NCBI GenBank assembly: GCA_964526565.1
Contig: CAZGMC010000004.1
Location: forward strand, 15,370 to 39,369
Origin: an uncultured Mycobacteriaceae bacterium
GTDB lineage: Bacteria; Pseudomonadota; Alphaproteobacteria; DSM-16000; Inquilinaceae
Direction of reading: 5' to 3'
Length of the DNA stretch: 24,000 nucleotides
Made by a program: the position numbers and the translations under genes. The notes under the pieces were generated by a model. The model was not told the DNA's origin. It saw nothing but the letters and a program-made list of their open reading frames with translations, and searched no databases. Position 1 is the stretch's first letter. Each line of letters begins with the position of its first letter. Shown in pieces: positions 8,367 through 14,068 of the stretch.

Positions 8367-9136
8367 GATGCCGCCTGTGCGCCTGCGCCCTTGACGACGG
8401 TGACCTCGCCCTCCGGCAGGATGCCCAGGCGCCGGGCGACCTCACGGTAGGCGTGCTCGACATTGCCCAGGTCCTGGCGGAAGCGGTCCTTGTCGAACTT
8501 CTCGTTGGTCTGCACGTCCCACAGGCGGCAATTGTCGGGGCTGATCTCGTCGGCCAGCACGATGCGCATGTCGCCCTGGTCGTTGTACAGGCGGCCGAAC
8601 TCCAGCTTGAAGTCGACCAGGCGCAGGCCGATGCCCAGGAACAGGCCAGACAGGTAGTCGTTCACGCGCAGCGCCAGCGACATCATGTCGTCCAGGTCCT
8701 GCGCCGCCGCCCAGCCGAACGCGGTGATGTGCTCTTCCGTGATCATCGGGTCGCCCAGCTCGTCGGACTTGTAGTAGTACTCGACGATCGAGCGCGGCAG
8801 CGGCGTGCCCTCGGCGATGCCGAAGCGGCGCGAGAACGAGCCGGCCGCGACGTTGCGGACCACCACCTCGATCGGGATGATCTCGACCTCGTAGACGAGC
8901 TGCTCGCGCATGTTCAGCCGGCGCACGAAATGCGTCGGGATGCCCATTTCGCCGAGCCGGACCATCAGGTATTCGGAAATGCGGTTGTTCAGCACTCCCT
9001 TGCCCGAGATCACGCCCTTCTTCTGGTTGTTGAAGGCGGTCGCGTCGTCCTTGAAGTACTGGACCAGGGTGCCGGGCTCCGGCCCTTCGAACAGGACCTT
9101 GGCCTTGCCCTCGTAGATCCGGCGGCGGCGGGTCAT
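8363..9136 (-). CDS. purC: phosphoribosylaminoimidazole-succinocarboxamide (SAICAR) synthase
   Basis: [30 protein letters not shown] and [14 protein letters not shown] are classic PurC motifs. The start is set at ATG 9136 ([13 protein letters not shown]). Confidence 0.92.
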   Translation of the reverse strand: MTRRRRIYEGKAKVLFEGPEPGTLVQYFKDDATAFNNQKKGVISGKGVLNNRISEYLMVRLGEMGIPTHFVRRLNMREQLVYEVEIIPIEVVVRNVAAGSFSRRFGIAEGTPLPRSIVEYYYKSDELGDPMITEEHITAFGWAAAQDLDDMMSLALRVNDYLSGLFLGIGLRLVDFKLEFGRLYNDQGDMRIVLADEISPDNCRLWDVQTNEKFDKDRFRQDLGNVEHAYREVARRLGILPEGEVTVVKGAGAQAAS

Positions 9137-9159
9137 GGCGTGCGCCTCTCGCAGAAATG

Positions 9160-9191
9160 GCGGAGTCGCCGCAGAACCGCGGCGACTCCGC
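9160..9191 (-). terminator. perfect 13-bp stem-loop between the NRDE-family gene and purC
   Basis: GCGGAGTCGCCGC-agaacc-GCGGCGACTCCGC. On the minus strand it follows the stop at 9231 and is trailed by CATTTCT, a weak U-tract. It also sits about 24 nt upstream of the purC start, so it could be a leader structure instead. Confidence 0.4.
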
Positions 9192-9230
9192 TCATGCCAC
9201 TGATATAGCAAGATGGCCGGGGCTTCTCAA

Positions 9231-10055
9231 TCAACTGCGCCCGGCCCCGTCGGCGTCGCCCCCGTCGTTCCCGCCGGCCCCGCCGGCCCCGGCCCCAAGG
9301 TCGATGGGCCGGTAGGGCACCGTGCCCGGCCGGCCGCGGGCGAAGCGCCACGCCGGCCGCGTGCCGAAGCGGCGGACTGCGGGCAGCGCGATCAGGCTGG
9401 ACGAGACGGTGCCGTAGTCGCTGTCGGTGACGACGCACAGCGCGCCGAGCGGCCCGGCGGCCGGCTGATGCTCGCGGCTGGCCATCAGCGCCTCCCAGTC
9501 GGCCCACGCATCGATATCGGGATCGGGCGCGGCCGCCGTGCGGAAGCGCGCCAGCATGGCGGTGCGCGGCGTTGCCGGATCGTTGAGGTCGTCGGCGGCG
9601 AGCATGGACAGGCCCGCGGGCAGCGACTCGACGGCGATGCCGGGGCGGTCCGGATCGTCGGGGCCGCGATTGGCCACCCAGAAGGCATCGCGGTTGTCGG
9701 CGATGACCAGGTTGAACGGCCGGTACGCAGCCGGGTCCAGGTGGGCCAGGGCCGTCGCCGAGTCGGCCGCGTCGGCATGATCCAGCGCCTCCAGTACCAG
9801 TTCGCCGCGGCTGCGCTTGCCTTCGGCCGGGCCCAGCGTGCCGCGCCGGTTGAGCACGGCGGCGACGACGCCGTCGTCGTTCATGCCCAGCCAGCTGCCG
9901 CCGGCGTGCTCGTCGAAGCCGGCGACCACGTCGGGCCGGTCCTCCCAGTGGCGGGCCGGCGGGCGCCACGGCCGGCTGGCCCGCTCGTCGCGGTTGGCAG
10001 CGACCAGCACGGGCCAGTCATGACCGGGGCGGCGCAACAGGATGATCGTGCACAT
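9231..10055 (-). CDS. NRDE-family protein (TANGO2/DUF833-like, N-terminal Cys)
   Basis: The product starts MCTIILL and contains the eponymous motif VAANRDE. Confidence 0.8.
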   Translation of the reverse strand: MCTIILLRRPGHDWPVLVAANRDERASRPWRPPARHWEDRPDVVAGFDEHAGGSWLGMNDDGVVAAVLNRRGTLGPAEGKRSRGELVLEALDHADAADSATALAHLDPAAYRPFNLVIADNRDAFWVANRGPDDPDRPGIAVESLPAGLSMLAADDLNDPATPRTAMLARFRTAAAPDPDIDAWADWEALMASREHQPAAGPLGALCVVTDSDYGTVSSSLIALPAVRRFGTRPAWRFARGRPGTVPYRPIDLGAGAGGAGGNDGGDADGAGRS

Positions 10056-10086
10056 GCGCGTCGGAGCTTGGATCTTCAGGTTCCCT

Positions 10087-10122
10087 TGTGACGTAATGTG
10101 TGACGTAATGTGTGACGTAATG
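10087..10122. repeat. three perfect tandem copies of the 12-mer TGTGACGTAATG
   Basis: Read directly from the sequence. The copies span 10087-10098, 10099-10110 and 10111-10122, 32 nt upstream of the NRDE-family start codon in a divergent intergenic region. Confidence 0.95.
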
Positions 10123-10170
10123 ACCCCATAGTCTGCCAGGATGGCCCGGTTCTCCCCATATTCAGATATG

Positions 10171-10186
10171 TTAACGGGTTGTTAAC
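10171..10186 (+). promoter_or_regulatory. candidate CtrA box (TTAA-N7-TTAAC)
   Basis: TTAAcgggttgTTAAC is an exact match to the Caulobacter-type CtrA full-site consensus. It lies 64 nt upstream of the 10250 start, in an AT-richer patch of a GC-rich genome. Confidence 0.5.
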
Positions 10187-10249
10187 CGTGAAGGGCGGGA
10201 CCGCCCGTGCCGTCCGCGAAACGACGGGGGAATTGCCAGGGAGTGCATC

Positions 10250-10591
10250 ATGACGACCTTCGACAATCGCGAAAAGGCCATGGAGGGGCTGTATGCCCAC
10301 GATCTGGACCTGCTGTTCCGGGTCAATTGCCGGCGCGACAGGCTGGTGGCGATGTGGGCTGCTGAACAGATGGGGATGTCCGACGCCGAGGCGAAGGCCT
10401 ATGTCGACCGGATCGTCTCGATCGACTGCGAGAAGGCGCACACCGCCGTCCACGATGCGGTTCTCGAAGACCTCCGCAGCAAGGGAGTCGACGTCTCCGA
10501 CCATCGCCTGCGGACCAAGGTCAACCGGTTGACCCGGCGCGCCTGGGAGCAGGTGATGCAGGACGACAGGCTGCCGTCGGCCGCGTTCTGA
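10250..10591 (+). CDS. DUF1476-family protein (homologue of the alphaproteobacterial F1-ATPase inhibitor zeta subunit)
   Basis: The 113-aa product has the N-terminus MTTFDNREKAMEGLYAHDLDLLFRVNCRRDRLVAMWAA. This closely parallels the Paracoccus zeta-subunit N-terminus as I recall it (MTTFDDRERAHEAKFAHD...RRNRLLGEWAA). Confidence 0.75.
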   Translation: MTTFDNREKAMEGLYAHDLDLLFRVNCRRDRLVAMWAAEQMGMSDAEAKAYVDRIVSIDCEKAHTAVHDAVLEDLRSKGVDVSDHRLRTKVNRLTRRAWEQVMQDDRLPSAAF

Positions 10592-10620
10592 TCCGCCGGC
10601 GCAGCGACGGCATGACGGCG

Positions 10621-10646
10621 CGGTATCATGATACCGCTTACGTAAG
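10621..10646. repeat. two abutting perfect palindromes: CGGTATCATGATACCG and CTTACGTAAG
   Basis: Read directly from the sequence: a 16-bp palindrome at 10621-10636 and a 10-bp palindrome at 10637-10646. They lie 30 nt downstream of the DUF1476 stop and upstream of the candidate rplM promoter. Confidence 0.9.
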
Positions 10647-10673
10647 CTTTTGTCCTGCGCGGTGTTTCGCGGA

Positions 10674-10702
10674 TTGACACGTCGGATACGGGCCCGTACA
10701 TA
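10674..10702 (+). promoter_or_regulatory. candidate sigma70-type promoter for rplM-rpsI
   Basis: TTGACA (10674-10679), a 17-nt spacer, then TACATA (10697-10702). The -35 is perfect and the -10 is weak. Confidence 0.35.
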
Positions 10703-10705
10703 ACT

Positions 10706-10744
10706 GGCTCCGCCGCTCGGGAACGAGCGGGCGGGGCCTTTTTT
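10706..10744 (+). terminator. intrinsic terminator-like hairpin with a T6 tract, upstream of rplM
   Basis: GGCTCCGCCGCTCG-GGAA-CGAGCGGGCGGGGCC forms a stem of about 14 bp with one bulged G, followed by TTTTTT (10739-10744). It may be the terminator of the DUF1476 gene or an attenuator in the rplM leader. Confidence 0.7.
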
Positions 10745-10807
10745 CGGACAGACCGAGCGTTTCGGCGCGGCCGGACCGGCGACCGGCGGGGCCGCGAGGA
10801 TGGAGCC

Positions 10808-11269
10808 ATGAAGACCTATTCCGCGAAACCGTCGGAGGTGGAGCGCGGCTGGTGGGTGATCGACGCCGAGGGCGTCATTCTGGGCCGGCTGGCCGCGATC
10901 ATCGCCACCCGCCTGCGCGGCAAGCACAAGCCGATGTTCACCCCGCACGTCGATTGCGGCGATCACGTCATCGTCGTCAACGCCGAGAAGGTACGGCTGA
11001 CGGGCCGCAAGCGCGACCACGACATCTTCTACTGGCACACCGGCTATCCCGGCGGCATCAAGGGCCGCTCCAAGGGCCAGATCCTCAGCGGCCGGCACCC
11101 CGAGCGGGTGATCCAGAAGGCCGTCGAGCGGATGGTGCCGCGCGGGCCGCTGGGCCGCGACGTGATGCGCAAGCTGCGCGTCTATGCCGGCCCGGCCCAC
11201 CCGCACGAGGCGCAGCAGCCACAGGTTCTGGACGTTGCCGGGATGAACCCGAAGAACAAGAGGGCCTGA
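10808..11269 (+). CDS. rplM: 50S ribosomal protein L13
   Basis: The product ([47 protein letters not shown]) is an unmistakable L13. GGATGGAG precedes the ATG. Confidence 0.95.
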   Translation: MKTYSAKPSEVERGWWVIDAEGVILGRLAAIIATRLRGKHKPMFTPHVDCGDHVIVVNAEKVRLTGRKRDHDIFYWHTGYPGGIKGRSKGQILSGRHPERVIQKAVERMVPRGPLGRDVMRKLRVYAGPAHPHEAQQPQVLDVAGMNPKNKRA

Positions 11270-11273
11270 GCCG

Positions 11274-11747
11274 ATGGCCGAGACGACTCTGACCGACCTG
11301 AAGGACCTGGGCAGCACCGCGGGCACCGAGCCCGAGCTGCCGCAGCCCGAGCTCGACGCCTTCGGCCGCGCCTATGCCACCGGCCGGCGCAAGGACGCGG
11401 TGGCCCGCGTGTGGATCAAGCCGGGTGCCGGCCGCGTCACGGTCAACGGGAAGGACGTCGAGGTGTACTTCGCTCGCGCCGTGCTGCGCATGATCATCAA
11501 CCAGCCGTTCCTGGTGTGCGAGCGTGACAACCAGTTCGACGTGATGTGCACGGTCTCCGGCGGCGGGCTGTCCGGCCAGGCCGGCGCGGTGCGCCACGGC
11601 ATCAGCCGCGCCCTGACCCGCTTCGAGCCGGCGCTGCGCCCGACCCTCAAGCGCGGCGGCTTCCTGACCCGCGACAGCCGCACGGTCGAGCGCAAGAAGT
11701 ACGGCAAGGCCAAGGCCCGCCGCAGCTTCCAGTTCTCGAAGCGGTAG
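11274..11747 (+). CDS. rpsI: 30S ribosomal protein S9
   Basis: The product has [15 protein letters not shown] near the N-terminus and ends ...[18 protein letters not shown], both typical S9. It starts 4 nt after rplM. Confidence 0.95.
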   Translation: MAETTLTDLKDLGSTAGTEPELPQPELDAFGRAYATGRRKDAVARVWIKPGAGRVTVNGKDVEVYFARAVLRMIINQPFLVCERDNQFDVMCTVSGGGLSGQAGAVRHGISRALTRFEPALRPTLKRGGFLTRDSRTVERKKYGKAKARRSFQFSKR

Positions 11748-11776
11748 GGCGGGCGGCTCCGGATGGCGTTTTTCCC

Positions 11777-11805
11777 TTGATCCGCAGGCGCCGCCTCACC
11801 AATAT
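11777..11805 (+). promoter_or_regulatory. candidate promoter for tRNA-Ala
   Basis: TTGATC (11777-11782), a 17-nt spacer, then CAATAT (11800-11805), about 50 nt upstream of the tRNA 5' end. Confidence 0.4.
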
Positions 11806-11858
11806 TGTCATCTTGTGAAGGGCGCAAGCGCCCTCCACGAACCTCCTTGAACGACTGC

Positions 11859-11931
<73 letters not shown>

Positions 11932-11946
11932 TGGACACACCCAGGA

Positions 11947-11972
11947 CCCGGCCGGAAACGGCCGGGTTTTTT
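11947..11972 (+). terminator. rho-independent terminator after tRNA-Ala
   Basis: CCCGGCCG-GAAA-CGGCCGGG is an 8-bp GC stem with a GAAA tetraloop, followed by TTTTTT. Confidence 0.85.
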
Positions 11973-12012
11973 CGTATCCGTCCGTCAAAACCGTATCGGG
12001 CGCATTGTGAAC

Positions 12013-12846
12013 ATGACCGTTTCCGACCCGCCCCTCATCGTCATGGTGGCCCCCAACGGGGCGCGCCGGACCAGGGCGGACCATCCGGCACTGCCGGTCA
12101 CGCCGGCGGAGCTGGCGGACAGCGCGGCGCGGTGCCTCGAGGCCGGGGCGGCAGCAATCCACGTCCACGTCCGCGACCGCGACGGGCGCCACACCCTCGA
12201 CCCGCAGGCATACGCCGCGGCGCTGGCCGCCATCCGCGGTGCCGTCGGCGACCGGCTGATCTGCCAGATCACCACCGAGGCGGTCGGCCGCCACACGCCG
12301 GCGGAGCAGGTGGCGACGGTGCGCGCCGTGCGCCCGGAGGCTGTGTCGCTGGCGCTGCGCGAGCTCGCCCCCGGCCCCGAGGACGAAGCCGAAGCGGCAC
12401 GGTTCCTGGCCTGGCTGGCCGCCGAGCGGATTCACCCCCAGTTCATCCTGTACGACAGCGCCGACGTTCGGCGCTTTGCCGACTGGCGGCGGCGCGGGCT
12501 CGTGCCGCAGGAGCGGCCGTTCCTGCTGTTCGTCCTGGGCCGCTACGCCGGCGAACGCGGCGCCCGGCCGGCCGACCTGATCCCGTTCCTGACCGCCGCG
12601 GCGCCGGGCGGCGGCCTGGAAACCCCTTGGGCCGTCTGCGCTTTCGGCCCGCGCGAGGGCGCCTGCGCGTTGACGGCGGCGGCCTTGGGGGGGCATAGTC
12701 GCATCGGTTTTGAGAACAACATGTCTCTGGCCAGCGGCGCGATTGCATCCGACAATGCGGCGCTGGTGGCCGAGACGGTGGCCACGGCGGCCCTGATCGG
12801 ACGTACGGCCGCGACCGCCGACCAGGCGCGCGACGCACTCTATTGA
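12013..12846 (+). CDS. beta-keto acid cleavage enzyme family protein (BKACE/DUF849, 3-keto-5-aminohexanoate cleavage enzyme-like)
   Basis: PLIVMVAPNGARRTRADHPALPVTPAELADSAARCLEAGAAAIHVHVRDRDGRHTLDP matches the BKACE N-terminal TIM-barrel signature (AP.G...P.lPvTp.E......AGAa..H.HvRd). The start is set at ATG 12013 because the track start at 11923 would overlap the tRNA and its terminator. Confidence 0.8.
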   Translation: MTVSDPPLIVMVAPNGARRTRADHPALPVTPAELADSAARCLEAGAAAIHVHVRDRDGRHTLDPQAYAAALAAIRGAVGDRLICQITTEAVGRHTPAEQVATVRAVRPEAVSLALRELAPGPEDEAEAARFLAWLAAERIHPQFILYDSADVRRFADWRRRGLVPQERPFLLFVLGRYAGERGARPADLIPFLTAAAPGGGLETPWAVCAFGPREGACALTAAALGGHSRIGFENNMSLASGAIASDNAALVAETVATAALIGRTAATADQARDALY

Positions 12847-12981
12847 GGGACCGGGGGCGGGCCCGTGCCGGGTCGCCCCCTGGCCAACGCCGCGACACGC
12901 CGGGTACAAGGCGGCCGCGGCGGCGCCGGGATTGCCGGATGGCAACCCCGTCAAGAAGAAGGCAGACATGGAGGAACGAGC

Positions 12982-13965
12982 ATGCGAACCATCGTAGCAG
13001 GCACCCTGGCCGTCGCCGTCGCCGGCGCCGTCGGCCTGACCGGCCCGGCGGTGACTGCCCAGGACGAGACCTTCGTCTCGATCGGCACCGGCGGCGTCAC
13101 CGGCGTCTATTATCCGACCGGCGGCGCCATCCAGCGCCTGGTCAACCGCGGCCGCGCCGAGCACGGCATCCGCGTCGCCGTGGAGAGCACCGGCGGCTCG
13201 GTGTTCAACCTCAACGCCATCGGCTCGGGCGAGCTGGACATGGGCGTCGCCCAGTCCGACCAGCAGTACAACGCCTATCATGGCGAGGGCCCGTTCGAGG
13301 AGGTCGGTGCCAACGAGGACCTGCGCGCCGTCTTCTCGATCCACGGCGAGCCGTTCACCGTCGTCGCCCGCGCCGACGCCGGCATCGCGACCTTCGAGGA
13401 CCTGCCGGGCCACCGCGTCAACATCGGCAACCCCGGCTCCGGCCAGCGTGCCACCATGGAGCGGCTGATGGAGGTCTATGGCTGGAGCATGGACGACTTC
13501 AGCCAGGTCTCCGAGCTGCAGTCGTCAGAGCAGGCCCAGGCCCTGTGCGACAACAACGTCGACGCCATCGTCTTCACGGTCGGCCACCCGTCCGGCTCGA
13601 TCCAGGAGGCGACGACGACCTGCGACACCGTCATCGTGCCGGTGCAGAGCGAGACCGTCGACCAGCTTGTGGATGAGAACCCGTACTACGCCTACACCAC
13701 CATCCCCGGCGGCATGTACGAGGGCAACCCGGACGATGTCGTCACCTTCGGCCCGAAGGCCACCTTCGTCACCTCCACCGCGGTCGGCGCGGACGTGGTG
13801 TACCAGGTCGTCGCGGCGGTGTTCGACAACATCGACGACTTCCGCCGCCTGCACCCGGCCTTCGCCACCCTGGAGCCGGAGCAGATGGTTCGCGACGGCC
13901 TGTCCGCCCCGCTGCATGAGGGTGCCGAGCGGTACTACCGCGAGCACGGCCTGATCCAGGAATAG
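12982..13965 (+). CDS. TAXI-family TRAP transporter solute-binding protein
   Basis: A signal peptide (MRTIVAGTLAVAVAGAVGLTGPAVTAQ) is followed by the TAXI hallmark SIGTGGVTGVYYPTGGAIQRLVN. GGAGGA lies 7 nt upstream of ATG 12982. Confidence 0.9.
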   Translation: MRTIVAGTLAVAVAGAVGLTGPAVTAQDETFVSIGTGGVTGVYYPTGGAIQRLVNRGRAEHGIRVAVESTGGSVFNLNAIGSGELDMGVAQSDQQYNAYHGEGPFEEVGANEDLRAVFSIHGEPFTVVARADAGIATFEDLPGHRVNIGNPGSGQRATMERLMEVYGWSMDDFSQVSELQSSEQAQALCDNNVDAIVFTVGHPSGSIQEATTTCDTVIVPVQSETVDQLVDENPYYAYTTIPGGMYEGNPDDVVTFGPKATFVTSTAVGADVVYQVVAAVFDNIDDFRRLHPAFATLEPEQMVRDGLSAPLHEGAERYYREHGLIQE

Positions 13966-13990
13966 GACACGACCAGTCAGCAGGAAGGCT

Positions 13991-14022
13991 GCCGGCGGGG
14001 CGGAACATTCTGTCCCGCCGGC
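13991..14022 (+). other. intercistronic stem-loop after the binding-protein gene
   Basis: GCCGGCGGGGC-(10-nt loop)-GTCCCGCCGGC forms an 11-bp stem with one G:U pair, followed by TTTCC. The 3' arm sequence TCCCGCCGGC recurs at 14029-14038 and 14041-14050. Confidence 0.6.
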
Positions 14023-14068
14023 TTTCCTTCCCGCCGGCCTTCCCGCCGGCGGCCATCGGGAACGGCCC

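Noticed and set aside
10087-10122. The 12-bp tandem repeats here and at 20856-20896 as a possible mini-CRISPR array.
   Set aside because: The units are directly adjacent with no spacers and are far shorter than CRISPR repeats. One set is in-frame coding sequence, and no cas genes are present.
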